A DNA stretch of 64,000 nucleotides. Source: a virus. The position numbers and the translations under genes are program-made. Where the stretch lies: positions 5,521-69,520 of the IMG/VR virus record IMGVR_UViG_3300010412_000019; one strand, 5' to 3'. Of this stretch, positions 20,701 through 30,858 are shown piece by piece. The notes beneath the pieces are model-generated. The model did not search any database. It was not told where the DNA came from and was given only the letters and a program-made list of their open reading frames with translations. Each line of letters starts with the position of its first letter. The stretch's first letter is position 1.

Positions 20701-21732
20701 TCAGAATGCAGATTTATCCAGTACGTGGAAACCCTTACCCCAAGTCGCTTTATTCCCGTAGAAGCGGAGCGTATCTTTGGCCTCAAATACCTCGTTTTCC
20801 AGCTTTCGCAGGTCTTCGATTGTGGCAACTTCGATAGCGTCCGCAACACTGACATGAATGCTGTCCGTCCAGTCATTGTTGACAATCCACTCCCTACGTG
20901 CGGCGAACGGCAATGCTCGTTGCTGTAGGTCCTGTGGGTAGTTCAGATACGACCATAGGTCGACCGCATCTAGAATGCGAACAGAGATTGTCTCCGCTTC
21001 AAGTTCGCCCATCTGGAACTTTGCAAAGACAGCATTTGAAGTGGCGGTATTACCGATCTTGCTCTTGTCTTTTGTCATGCCTAGACATACAGCAGACAGG
21101 GCGACATTTCGCAGTTTTGAGAAAATCGGGATAAACGCCGAATTGATTTTATCTGGTAGCACTAGACCATGCCCACGGTCATCGACAAACTTGAAGTTGC
21201 CATTACCGTTGATTACCACTCTGATTTCATGTCCCGGCGTCTGGCGCACGATGGTTCCGGGAAATTGCAAATCGGGAAGCGACAAAGCTTTTGGCTGGCG
21301 ATCAGCAAAGGTTTCATCACGTTTGATATCCGGGAAGGCTCGCTGAATGTCTTCAAGCGGGATGCGTAGATTGATCTGGTGTTGCAATGCTCTTGATAGT
21401 ACCTCAGCATCGCGGTCCTGCAACTTGTTCAGAATGTCAACAACAAACTTGAATTTTGTTGCAGATGAAATAAGGCGGCCGTTCAGTCGTTGCTCAAGCA
21501 ACCCGATAGCCGAATTAAGTTCCATGCCACCATTGCGATTTCTGCGATACTTGGGAAGCCCGCCGATTTCGAAATTCCAGCGGTAGTCATAGAGAAGTTT
21601 CAGAAGAGAAACTAGATTAGGTTGATCCTTGTTAGCCCAGATGACAGCCATCTTCACAGCCGGGTCTCTTGAGCCTTCAATCATTTCGACCATCTGGTCA
21701 ACGTATCGGTAGCGGTACTTCATATCGTCCAA
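20701..21732 (-). CDS. DNA-ligase-like protein (T4 gp30-like) lacking the KxDG motif
   Basis: N-terminus SR..K..I..AN....L..LL...YD and D.EVL.R; region of motif I reads LQFPGTIVRQTPG. Confidence 0.5.
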   Translation of the reverse strand: MDDMKYRYRYVDQMVEMIEGSRDPAVKMAVIWANKDQPNLVSLLKLLYDYRWNFEIGGLPKYRRNRNGGMELNSAIGLLEQRLNGRLISSATKFKFVVDILNKLQDRDAEVLSRALQHQINLRIPLEDIQRAFPDIKRDETFADRQPKALSLPDLQFPGTIVRQTPGHEIRVVINGNGNFKFVDDRGHGLVLPDKINSAFIPIFSKLRNVALSAVCLGMTKDKSKIGNTATSNAVFAKFQMGELEAETISVRILDAVDLWSYLNYPQDLQQRALPFAARREWIVNNDWTDSIHVSVADAIEVATIEDLRKLENEVFEAKDTLRFYGNKATWGKGFHVLDKSAF

Positions 21733-21911
21733 TTTTCACTCCAATTCAGGTTTTATTTCTTGCGTAATGTATTTACGATACTCGTTGTTTGTCATCCAAA
21801 CCGAGTTCGCCACACTGACAATGGGAGCGCCACATTTTAAGCACTTCGATGAACGGTGTGCATGGCTTGTCTTATGTGTGAATACATCTGGCTCATGTTT
21901 ACATTCTGTTG

Positions 21912-23174
21912 TCATCGACCTACCTGTGGAAGATATTTATCTTTGATTGTCGGCCAATCATTGAATAACATATCATCGTAAAACAGGACCTCATCAATCG
22001 TTTCGCCTCGTTCAACGAGGTTACGAATGCGCTTCCCTGCATACTTCGATTTCCACAGTTCAGTCATAGTACCAATAGAATTGTCGAATCTGCGTACCAG
22101 TTGATCCTCGGCAATCTCGCCTCTCAAAAATTCATTGGTGTTAGTATATAGTGGGCAAAAATAAATGCCACGTTGATGACCCGTAATGTAGTCTTTTCCA
22201 CTGAAACCGAATTGTCGGTAAGTGTAGTTCAAAGAACGGTTGATGTGGTCACGTTTGACTTTGACACCATTTGGGTCAGTTGCATGATACCACTCCCAAT
22301 ACTTGCGAGTCTCTTTCCACTTGAGCCATTCACGAATCTCAGCGTAAAGCTGTGGGTTCGGACGGGCAATCGATGAACCCATAGACTTGCCGAGTTTCTT
22401 CCAGTACTTCAACCCGGTATATTGAGAATATGAGCCATAAAAGCTTGTTGTCGATAATCCAACAAGAGGATCACCGTACAAGTCGCGCCAATCTTCTTGC
22501 ACTTGGTCGGTTACAAGAAGAAGAGATAACAGCTTCCCACCAACATAATTGTAACCAAGAGGCTGAGTAGGAACGATGATACTACCGACTGAGGTGTAGT
22601 TAATCTGACCGGAGTTCCTCTGCTCTCTCGTCCATCCGATTGCTTTGTCTCGGCAGGCCACATCAAGATAGTCAGACGATAGGTTAAGCGTTCCCAGATA
22701 CTTTTCAGTCTTTCGATCACGGACAACATAATAAAGGTTTCTCCCAATGTTGTTGTTATTCTCACCCGTTGAAGTAAACAACCTCAACGCATTGAAAACA
22801 CCATTCCACTTGGTGTTTTTGTTAGTCAATAACAGTTCTGGCTCAAGATCAAGATAGTCATCTGGTGACTCTGGGACCCAGATTTCAGACTTAACATGAC
22901 GCTCAGTAACCAGACTCTTCTCTACCACCCAGTTACGCTGGCCGAATAGATTTGTCTGCACCTTTGGTTCGTAAATGTCATGAAGCTGGTTGTACTTGCG
23001 TTCAAGCATGTACTCTTGAATAGGCTGCTCTTTGGTGTTCGCTAGAAATACACGAATGCGTTCACCAAGCGCCTCTTCTTCTTCTGGAGTAAAAGACCTG
23101 AATTCTTGTTCAGCCTTCCACGCTTCGAAATTCTCATCGAACCATGGTTCAAGATGTTGCAGTTTTGGCTTCAT
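21912..23174 (-). CDS. DruA-like (DUF4338) protein
   Basis: GRNL.Y.V.D..T.KYLG, IVPTQPLGYNYVGGKLL.LL, TTSFYG..SQY motifs. Confidence 0.75.
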   Translation of the reverse strand: MKPKLQHLEPWFDENFEAWKAEQEFRSFTPEEEEALGERIRVFLANTKEQPIQEYMLERKYNQLHDIYEPKVQTNLFGQRNWVVEKSLVTERHVKSEIWVPESPDDYLDLEPELLLTNKNTKWNGVFNALRLFTSTGENNNNIGRNLYYVVRDRKTEKYLGTLNLSSDYLDVACRDKAIGWTREQRNSGQINYTSVGSIIVPTQPLGYNYVGGKLLSLLLVTDQVQEDWRDLYGDPLVGLSTTSFYGSYSQYTGLKYWKKLGKSMGSSIARPNPQLYAEIREWLKWKETRKYWEWYHATDPNGVKVKRDHINRSLNYTYRQFGFSGKDYITGHQRGIYFCPLYTNTNEFLRGEIAEDQLVRRFDNSIGTMTELWKSKYAGKRIRNLVERGETIDEVLFYDDMLFNDWPTIKDKYLPQVGR

Positions 23175-23632
23175 TAATAATTACCGCGCAAGGTCCATTT
23201 GACACCAACAATGCCGAGTGACTTGTCGGTGATTTTATTCACATATGACTGGTCATCAAGCATCGTTACTTCACCCTTAACTCTGCTCAAGAAAATGTTA
23301 GGCTGCTCACCTCGGTCGAATTCAAGCTTCAACAGCCAGCGGGCCAGCGCATGAAGAAATTTCTCAACCTCTTTCAACTGCTCATCATTCAGCGGGTAGC
23401 CCGTTTCAATGAATTCTTGGCCGAGTTTGAAAAAGATTTCAGGCCCGTAGATAAAATCTTCCATGACATACTCTTCCGCTTTGACAAAAGTTGTTTGCGT
23501 CAAGTCACCGGGTCTGACAGTTGTAGGGGCGCAGACAAAGAAGTTGCGTTCTGGATAGTTGATGTTGAACCAATCAATCAGAGGTTGAGTGAACACCACT
23601 TCCATTTTCATACCATCGAAATTAAGCATTGT
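23174..23632 (-). CDS. hypothetical protein (probable start MLNFDG near 23630)
   Basis: The longer ORF-track start overlaps the upstream gene. Confidence 0.55.
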   Translation of the reverse strand, partial: TMLNFDGMKMEVVFTQPLIDWFNINYPERNFFVCAPTTVRPGDLTQTTFVKAEEYVMEDFIYGPEIFFKLGQEFIETGYPLNDEQLKEVEKFLHALARWLLKLEFDRGEQPNIFLSRVKGEVTMLDDQSYVNKITDKSLGIVGVKWTLRGNY

Positions 23633-24122
23633 TTTCCATCTCCCTTGTGCCATCGTAATGAAAGATGCCTGTTCTGACACCATTCTTGAGGGCATAGTTA
23701 ATCGTGTACCACGTGCCCCCTTTCGACCTGTTTTTGTGATATGGGAAACCAACAAGCATATCGGACTCGTCAACGATCTTGCGATTTCGCGCAAAATACG
23801 TCAAAGGTGGTCGATATTCATCACATTCGAAAAAGGCACGCAATTTCTCATCTTTTGGTGGGTGACAGATGATCTTACATTCAGGGTGTAATTCACGAAT
23901 GATTGCAGATACCTCTTCATCCGCACCAACGCAATCGCCTTGGTGAAATTCAATCAATCTGTAATTTCGACCCCAAAAGCGTTTCTCAAGCCATGCCCTG
24001 ATATGGGCTTCTTGCTCGGTGCTAATGCCGTATCTGGTGCCAGTGACACCTAAACGCAAGTCAACTATTCCATCCGTCATTTTTAAAATCCTGTAATTGA
24101 TCCATCCAGCGAGTGATACCAC
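23622..24122 (-). CDS. SLOG-superfamily (YspA/DprA-like) nucleotide-binding protein
   Basis: GVTGTR, HQGDCVGAD, ARNRKIVDESD, GGTWYTINYA motifs. Confidence 0.8.
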   Translation of the reverse strand: MVSLAGWINYRILKMTDGIVDLRLGVTGTRYGISTEQEAHIRAWLEKRFWGRNYRLIEFHQGDCVGADEEVSAIIRELHPECKIICHPPKDEKLRAFFECDEYRPPLTYFARNRKIVDESDMLVGFPYHKNRSKGGTWYTINYALKNGVRTGIFHYDGTREMENNA

Positions 24123-24939
24123 GGCCAGCGAAGTAACCGTAAAGATTACCCGATGCCTTTGGCGGCTCTTTCATAGCTTCAAGAATCTTTGAAGCCTGCT
24201 CATCTGGAACTTTCGACATGTCAAGCATACGCTGGTTGAAGCTGTAACGCTCAAGCATGTCTTGGTTGCAGAAGAATAGCGGGCTGGCAGCAGCCGACCA
24301 CTTCTTCTTGTTCTCATTTGAAATCGAAGTCTGACGGGCACCTTCGGTCATGAAGGTATCGGCGTGAGACATGATATTAGGTATGCCGTCTTTCTTGTCA
24401 CCGGTGATGATCTTTAAGCGCAACCAGCGGGCTGGGTCTTTTTCGATGATTTCACGGCGGCGAATAACGTCATACTGGCTAACGTTTTTGTAAATTTGCA
24501 GTTGCTTGTAGTCACCGTCAGGTGAAATGATCATGTGTGGTTCGTCTTTGTAATTGTGTACGATCACACCAATAGCATCGTCAGCCTCAACACCTTCAAT
24601 GTCAACGACCTTCCAGCCAAATGCATTTTCACATGCTTCAAGAATGTCCTCACCATTATCGAAGAAAGCTTTCCAGTCCATAGTGCGATCCATGGGCTTG
24701 CGATTCTTCTTGTAGTTCGGGAATTCAGTTTCGCGCCAATACGGCTTTCGGTCAACACAGATAACCATCGCGCCGTACTTTTTGCGATACGCAACGTTGA
24801 CCATACGCAGTGTATTCAACATACGAAAATGCTGAATTTCACTGACGGTAACGTTTTCAGGAATGTCGCCCTTGCTCATAGATGCCACGGCGGAGTGGGC
24901 GCAAGAAATAAGCACCGGGCTAAAATCGACAAGTATCAT
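24061..24939 (-). CDS. rnh: T4-type RNase H / 5'-3' exonuclease
   Basis: MILVDFS, YWR...P.YK.NR, EADD.IG, S.DGDY.QL, GDKKDGIPN motifs. Confidence 0.95.
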   Translation of the reverse strand: MILVDFSPVLISCAHSAVASMSKGDIPENVTVSEIQHFRMLNTLRMVNVAYRKKYGAMVICVDRKPYWRETEFPNYKKNRKPMDRTMDWKAFFDNGEDILEACENAFGWKVVDIEGVEADDAIGVIVHNYKDEPHMIISPDGDYKQLQIYKNVSQYDVIRRREIIEKDPARWLRLKIITGDKKDGIPNIMSHADTFMTEGARQTSISNENKKKWSAAASPLFFCNQDMLERYSFNQRMLDMSKVPDEQASKILEAMKEPPKASGNLYGYFAGRGITRWMDQLQDFKNDGWNS

Positions 24940-24942
24940 AAT

Positions 24943-25974
24943 TTACCTATGCCAACTGCCTTTTATGCAGTGTTTCAACTCATGTCCCCAAGTTTCCAAT
25001 TCAGTGTTGCCATCTGACTTCTTTACGAAGATATCACACGATGACACTTTGCCAGTATTGGGGTTAACTGACATTACCGAGTAACCAAGAAGATCAGCAC
25101 CACGGTCTTTGTCGTTTTTACGCAACGACTCGACCGCCTTGTTCATTTCTTGGTGTGTGTCAAAACGATGAACACGAATCGTAAACGGCTCACCGCCGTA
25201 TCGAAAGCGTTCATCGTTCAAATCTCTTGGTTTCTGATCACACGCAGGTATGATCAGCAACAATGCCATTATAGCAGATAATGAATATCGTTTCATCCAA
25301 AAATTGGCGTGTGCGCGGCATTCCACTTATGCACAGCCTGCTCCTTAGTCTGACATGCGGGGCTTGAGTTCCCACAATTACGGCAAGTAAGCATGAAACG
25401 TGGTTCATTGTATACTTGAATCTCATTAAACTCAACCTGCTCATTCATCGAACAGGTACAATTCTGTAAGTTATAGCCTTCAACGATCATTGTGAATGTT
25501 CTCCAATCAATTTCGCAGAAGCCTCAATATCGGCTTTCTGTTTCTGATAATCTCTCAGTAAGTCTTGCGGGTAACCGATCATCGAATTACACAGGTATTG
25601 ACCTTCTGGTTCTATCTGAGAAGCACACACCTGCCAATCTGCCATTTTCTGAGTAGTCACCTCAAGTTGATGGGTTGACTCGTTCAAATGCTCAACGGCC
25701 GTAATGAATCTGTGATGATCGAACAGCATGTATCCATAGATACCCGTCATTATTACAATGGCAGCAAGCAGCCCCTTTCGAATGAAACTCATTTTATCTC
25801 CTTCTGTGTCAACCACAGCATCTTGTTATCTTTGCAGACAAGTGATGCTGGCTGGTTTGCTCGTTGACAGCAGTTAGGATCATTTCTGAGAACGACCCAT
25901 CCACTCGCCCCATATTGTTTGACGATTTCTTTCAATCTGTCAGTGATAGGGTTGATTGTAATTCTCATAGTCAC
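24943..25974 (-). CDS. block of hypothetical ORFs (lipoprotein-like with HELxH 24943-~25297; Lar-like 25293-25490; membrane protein 25487-~25790; 25789-25968)
   Basis: Lipobox-like IPAC; CxC...CxxCG..P....E.A...WN; N-terminal TM segment. Confidence 0.55.
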
Positions 25975-25999
25975 CTCCGGGATGTAGACCCGTGTGACT

Positions 26000-26028
26000 A
26001 TTTTACATCACCGACGGGTCGAAGTCAA
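26000..26028 (-). promoter_or_regulatory. sigma70 promoter
   Basis: TTGACT-17-TAAAAT. Confidence 0.7.
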
Positions 26029-26243
26029 GTATCGTCTTAGCCACTCTTCTCTGGTTTGCAGGCGAATCATACCAAGCTGAAACGCAGGCGTGAAAGGAAG
26101 AGTCAGCATATTGAGTATTGTTTTTATGTCCATAGCTTTATTTACCTGTATAGAAACTGCCATGGTATTTGCTGAGAAAAATTCTCGATTTTTTAGTAAT
26201 CTACTTATATTGTTACTAATGATATTAAGATTAGTATAAGGTA

Positions 26244-26453
26244 TAAGCCCTTGATTTTAGTGTGGTGGATTTGCACATTAAGTCGAAGCTATGACAGTAA
26301 TATGCGCGTAGTACGCTATTAAATTGCTAAGATCACTCTTCTGTTGTTTTTACGCCATTATGAATCAATGACTTACAGGGCGAAAATTACTAGTGTTGTT
26401 TAAAATGATGCTAGTACACAAGATAAGAATACGCTTTAGATATCAATAACTTA
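26244..26453. promoter_or_regulatory. AT-rich intergenic region with three IHF-consensus sites
   Basis: WATCAAnnnnTTR at 26244-26256 (-), 26363-26375 (+) and 26441-26453 (+). Confidence 0.6.
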
Positions 26454-26545
26454 TATAGCACAATATTGGGAAGCTATATCAATTAAGACGTATAAACCGA
26501 GTGTTAATTTTAACGCGGAAATTTTTCTTGTGCGAATAGGGCAAA

Positions 26546-27478
26546 CTACCTGCCAATTAGCAGGCGCACGGATTTTGAGAACTTCCCGGCTTCGTCGTCT
26601 TGCACCCTGCTTTTCTCTGTCGATTCGGCTAGCATGTGCAGACGTTCTTTCTTCGCCTTTTCGTAATCCATGTAAGAACCAACATGCTCAAAGTTGTGCC
26701 CCTTGTCGCGGCGAGCATAGAAGTCTTCTTCGGATAGGGTGAAATAGTGGTTCAATTGAAATATCTTAGTGTCTGACTTCCAGATATCAAAGCTTCGCCT
26801 GTCAACGGGCTCTTTGTTTTCGGTGTAGCCGAAAACCCTGTTGTTTCGCAACTGATAGATATGCGGGGTTACAATTCTAATGACTTCCATTGGGTCAACG
26901 ATTGACTTCCAATTGAAGAGTTTCGGGAAAGTGTCAGGCTCGGGTGGGAATGGCATTCTCTTGGTGAAGTTTTCGATCACCAAGCCACTTGGTCGTTTCT
27001 TGAACCCGTTTGTGCCGAACATGTACCACGGGATGATAATTGCAGGTAGGTCGGAGTAGTCAGCCAATGCTTCGACTAGATTACCCTTTCGTGAAAACAG
27101 GAATTCATCAAGATCGATGAATGTCATCCATCTCCAAAGATGCCCAAATGTTGCTATTGCATGGGCATATGCATACGTCAATCGCTTTGGAGAACCAGCG
27201 GCATTAACGTTGATAAAGTCTGACCATGGTATAAGCGTCACCAACCCCTGATCGACGTATTTCTGTACAATTTCATTGCTTCTGTCTTGGCTGCGGTCAT
27301 CATACAGATAGATGTGTTCGACCCCCGCCAGAATATGAAAAGGTATCCACTCGTTCAGCAAATACTCTTCATTGCGGTAGATCGCCACAGCCGCAAGGGT
27401 ACGATGCCCCTTGCGGCTGAGCGTGTTTTGGACGGGAACGCCTGCTCTATGCGGGCATTCTTGGCAAAGCTTATCCAC
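26546..27478 (-). CDS. glycosyltransferase family 92 / GT-A
   Basis: AIYRNEE.YL.EWI.FH...GV.H.YLYDD.S.D, FIDLDEF, LNHY motifs. Confidence 0.85.
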   Translation of the reverse strand: MDKLCQECPHRAGVPVQNTLSRKGHRTLAAVAIYRNEEYLLNEWIPFHILAGVEHIYLYDDRSQDRSNEIVQKYVDQGLVTLIPWSDFINVNAAGSPKRLTYAYAHAIATFGHLWRWMTFIDLDEFLFSRKGNLVEALADYSDLPAIIIPWYMFGTNGFKKRPSGLVIENFTKRMPFPPEPDTFPKLFNWKSIVDPMEVIRIVTPHIYQLRNNRVFGYTENKEPVDRRSFDIWKSDTKIFQLNHYFTLSEEDFYARRDKGHNFEHVGSYMDYEKAKKERLHMLAESTEKSRVQDDEAGKFSKSVRLLIGR

Positions 27479-27614
27479 CCTTTTTGCGCTTCTTCAACCA
27501 GCTATCAAACGCCATTGCTGATAGCATGATTGTCAAAACGGTCATGGTAGAAAAGATCACAGCCACGAATGTATCCACAACGTCCTGAGACATGTAGGTG
27601 ATCGATGCGTCCAT
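27471..27614 (-). CDS. small membrane protein (47 aa, not in track)
   Basis: GGAGG RBS; MDASITYMSQDVVDTFVAVIFSTMTVLTIMLSAMAFDSWLKKRKKGG. Confidence 0.55.
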   Translation of the reverse strand: MDASITYMSQDVVDTFVAVIFSTMTVLTIMLSAMAFDSWLKKRKKGG

Positions 27615-27623
27615 AGTACCTCC

Positions 27624-29042
27624 TTAAAGCAACGCTTTCGCCGCCTCTGAGCGAACATTAACAAAGGATGTGTAACGATCCTCAAAGGGGCGGTTCATGT
27701 AGACCAATTCCATCATATTCGACTCTTCATAGTCAACCGAATCAGTCAGGTTAATAGTGCGAAACTTCTTGGTTACACGATTCTGAACAAGCGTTAAGCG
27801 TCCACGCTTCGATGCCTTGCCCGGTGCTTCTTTCCACACATCATGCCAAGTGCCACCAATCTCAACAGCGGAGCACTTCATAGCAAATTTGTATGTGTCT
27901 CGGTCTACTTTCTGTAGAGTACCAGCACCCATGCCAAAGGCAATGTTGCTTGCGGACAGTTTACGAGCCTTCATGTTCTCAAGAATCTGGCGCATTGAAT
28001 CGACCGTGATTCCGTCACCCTGAATAACTCGCACATGATCTGGAAGGACTTTGTAACCCTTGCTGTTTTCTGTATAACCGAATTTCTCCATCAGAATTTC
28101 GATGACTTCAATCGGCACAACAAGCGGGTCACCTGAGTCTGGGCGTACAACAACCGTACCCCCGCTTTTCTCAACCGCTTCTTTCAGGTCTTCTCCCCAA
28201 TAAATTTCGGCAGCCTTATATATGTCATAAGAGTCCGACACACAAGCAAGTATCTTGCCCGGCCCACCAAACTGGGTGATCATGTTGGCAAAAGCATCAC
28301 GTTCACGATCTTTACCCCATGAAGTGATGGTTGAGTGTTCCGAAGCTGGGATTGAGAATCCCGGCATGTCACCACCATAATACTTCATTGCAGCAAGCGC
28401 ACCAGCAACAGTGTCAGTACCAGAAAAGTTCACCAAGTGAGCCATGCCTCCGATCTGTGCTGATTCATGCGAAGAGACACCACGGGCACCAAAATCATGC
28501 AACTTGAATGCCAGTTCAGCAAAATCATAGTCAGCCGTTTCATCCATGTACTTCTTCAAGATTTCTTTGGCTCGCAACCCATTCGAAGCGATTGAGGTTG
28601 GGTACCAAATTGCCCTGAGAAAAGCGGTTTCGATGTACGAAGTCAACCAGAAGCAACGTGGGTCAGTGACTTCAACGGAAGCCAGAATGTGGCTCAATGG
28701 TACGGCTGTACCTTCTCGCACCGCACGAATCTTCAATGGCAGGTAACCGTCATACTTGTTGACGATGTAGCGCCAGCCGTCTTCATTGAATTCGAAGCCA
28801 TGTGCTTCAACCAGCGGCTTGGCCTGATCAATGTCTTCATGTGTAATCGGGGTAGACAGATATTCTTTGATGAATGCCTGCAAGCCGAAGAAGACTACTC
28901 TTGGATTCTCCCAATCCAGATTTGTACCACGGGCTTCGACGTAAGAAAACTGGTTCGTTGTGCCCGGTGGGTACTGTTTGTAGTGAGAAAACTTGTAAGA
29001 ATCGGTATTAAGAATAAGGTTGTTAATTGCGTTCATGACCAT
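27624..29042 (-). CDS. nadV: nicotinamide phosphoribosyltransferase
   Basis: TDSYK.SH..QYP, LHDFGARG, SIPASEHS, SDSYD, VRPDSGDP, IQGDG motifs. Confidence 0.97.
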   Translation of the reverse strand: MVMNAINNLILNTDSYKFSHYKQYPPGTTNQFSYVEARGTNLDWENPRVVFFGLQAFIKEYLSTPITHEDIDQAKPLVEAHGFEFNEDGWRYIVNKYDGYLPLKIRAVREGTAVPLSHILASVEVTDPRCFWLTSYIETAFLRAIWYPTSIASNGLRAKEILKKYMDETADYDFAELAFKLHDFGARGVSSHESAQIGGMAHLVNFSGTDTVAGALAAMKYYGGDMPGFSIPASEHSTITSWGKDRERDAFANMITQFGGPGKILACVSDSYDIYKAAEIYWGEDLKEAVEKSGGTVVVRPDSGDPLVVPIEVIEILMEKFGYTENSKGYKVLPDHVRVIQGDGITVDSMRQILENMKARKLSASNIAFGMGAGTLQKVDRDTYKFAMKCSAVEIGGTWHDVWKEAPGKASKRGRLTLVQNRVTKKFRTINLTDSVDYEESNMMELVYMNRPFEDRYTSFVNVRSEAAKALL

Positions 29043-29069
29043 AACTCCTATGTGTCATTGTAGCGTGAA

Positions 29070-30302
29070 TTAAAGTCTGGAAGTCATGTATTCGATCATG
29101 TCCAGATGATCCTCAAAGATTTCGTCACGCATTTCCAAAATCTTATCAAGCGGGAACCACCATGCAACGACGGCATCATCACCGCCCTTGACTCTTGGCC
29201 TGCTCTGTGTCGGGTCAAGCACAAATGAATAAACCATTGAGACTGTCGTACCACGGCTTGATCGGCCGGGGTAATCAAACATCTTCTCTTCTTTCACTGA
29301 ACCGCGAAGTACCTTTTCTGGTACGGCGATCTTCGTTTCCTCTTTGAGTTCACGAATGCATGAATCAAAGAAACGCTCATCCTTGCCTTTGAAACCACCC
29401 GGCAACGCCCACAGACCCTTACCGGGTGCTTCACCTCGGCGGATCATGAGTATTTCGTCACCGTGAATGACAACGGCATCGGTTGTCAAAAACTGTACAG
29501 GGAACGGACCAACCTGAGTCTTTTCCTTGTAGTCTTTGATGAATTCCCATTCCTCACGCAAGTCTTCATAGTGGTTCTGATCCCACTCAAGAAGCGTGTT
29601 GTAAGTTTTGGGATGTAGGTTGCTCTTGGCAAATGACAGCTTGCCAGAAAACCACAGATCACGAATGTCCGTGGCTGAAATGGGGTGATCGTTATTTGAG
29701 TCACCCACCCATGCGCCAATGTCAACCAAATCCCAGCTTGCGAAATGGTTCAGGTAATAGCTTGATTCATCTTTTTCGTGACCCAGTACACAAACGCGGC
29801 ACGAATTCGACTCTTCAATGAGGTCTCTGTAGTTTTTGATTTTCTGTGAGACATGGGTAAATGCTCCGTGTAGGTGAAGGTAGTTGTCCATCACATGATC
29901 TGTGACTTCACCAAACTCTTTTTCAAGTTCAGCTTTGACACCTTCAATTGCGTCTTTGAGAAGCGACCTCTTATAGTCAAGAATGTCATCAACACAAGAC
30001 GCAACCTCACGCTTCACACGCCTGAACCACTCCTGCTCCATGTAGAACGTGTCTTCTACACTGACGAAGGTGTGATTGCCGTAATCCGATCCCAGAACGT
30101 CATACAGAACATCATCAATCATTTTGATGCGTTCATCAGCCGAGAATGGATTTTTCGATGTGGAGGGTTTGTTTGCGGAGCCGATGACACAGACGAATGA
30201 GTCTGCTATCTCAACGGCTTTCTTGAAAACGGGGATATGCCCGTTATGGATGGGCTGAAATCGCCCGATAATCACTGCGAGGTCGTATCTCTTCATCGCC
30301 AT
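29070..30302 (-). CDS. bifunctional NMN adenylyltransferase / ADP-ribose pyrophosphatase (NadM-Nudix)
   Basis: GRFQPIHNGH, SATDIR, Nudix ALPGGF...E......RELKEET, GGDDA motifs. Confidence 0.95.
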   Translation of the reverse strand: MAMKRYDLAVIIGRFQPIHNGHIPVFKKAVEIADSFVCVIGSANKPSTSKNPFSADERIKMIDDVLYDVLGSDYGNHTFVSVEDTFYMEQEWFRRVKREVASCVDDILDYKRSLLKDAIEGVKAELEKEFGEVTDHVMDNYLHLHGAFTHVSQKIKNYRDLIEESNSCRVCVLGHEKDESSYYLNHFASWDLVDIGAWVGDSNNDHPISATDIRDLWFSGKLSFAKSNLHPKTYNTLLEWDQNHYEDLREEWEFIKDYKEKTQVGPFPVQFLTTDAVVIHGDEILMIRRGEAPGKGLWALPGGFKGKDERFFDSCIRELKEETKIAVPEKVLRGSVKEEKMFDYPGRSSRGTTVSMVYSFVLDPTQSRPRVKGGDDAVVAWWFPLDKILEMRDEIFEDHLDMIEYMTSRL

Positions 30303-30341
30303 AACTCCTATGTGCATGAATAGAGTTTTCTATTTAAGTAA

Positions 30342-30370
30342 ATTGTAGGACACTTTTAACCCAGTGTCAA
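30342..30370 (-). promoter_or_regulatory. sigma70 promoter of the NAD salvage operon
   Basis: TTGACA-17-TACAAT. Confidence 0.8.
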
Positions 30371-30374
30371 GGGC

Positions 30375-30399
30375 GAAAAGCCGCCCGAAGGCGGCTTTC
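30375..30399 (-). terminator. rho-independent terminator
   Basis: aaagccgcc-cgaa-ggcggcttt (UUCG loop). Confidence 0.8.
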
Positions 30400-30418
30400 C
30401 TTGAACCCCTTAATTCAA

Positions 30419-30790
30419 TTAAGCGGTTGTGTCGTTTGCTTCCGGTGCGGCACCAAGAGCAGGGGTCTCTTCAACGGCCGTAACACGGTAGTAGTACGGG
30501 GTTGCAGTAACAAGACCAGAATCGGCATAAGCCTCAGCCGAAGCGTCAACGATATCAATCAAGACATAGCTTGTGTTATCGGGTGTTGAGCGTTCAATCT
30601 GAACTTTCACACCAGCGGCCTGACCAACTGGGTTGGTCCAAGCAAGGTCCATTGCAGTAGCACCGTTAGCAGTAGCGGTCAGACCAGTGACAGCCAAAGG
30701 AAGTTGTGCTAGGGCATCATCAGAAGCGGCTTTACGACCGGCGCGGGTCGAAAGATTGTCCATGCGGAATCGGTTAAATGCTTTGCTCAT
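30419..30790 (-). CDS. fibronectin type III domain protein (probable virion decoration protein)
   Basis: VTGLTATA....MDLAW...Y.DSGL...TPYYYRVTA; TATAAATA late promoter at 30823-30830. Confidence 0.8.
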   Translation of the reverse strand: MSKAFNRFRMDNLSTRAGRKAASDDALAQLPLAVTGLTATANGATAMDLAWTNPVGQAAGVKVQIERSTPDNTSYVLIDIVDASAEAYADSGLVTATPYYYRVTAVEETPALGAAPEANDTTA

Positions 30791-30858
30791 TTTTTTATCC
30801 TATAGTTTGGGGTTCTATGGTGTATTTATATATTTTTGATTTTACGGATTTCTAAATT

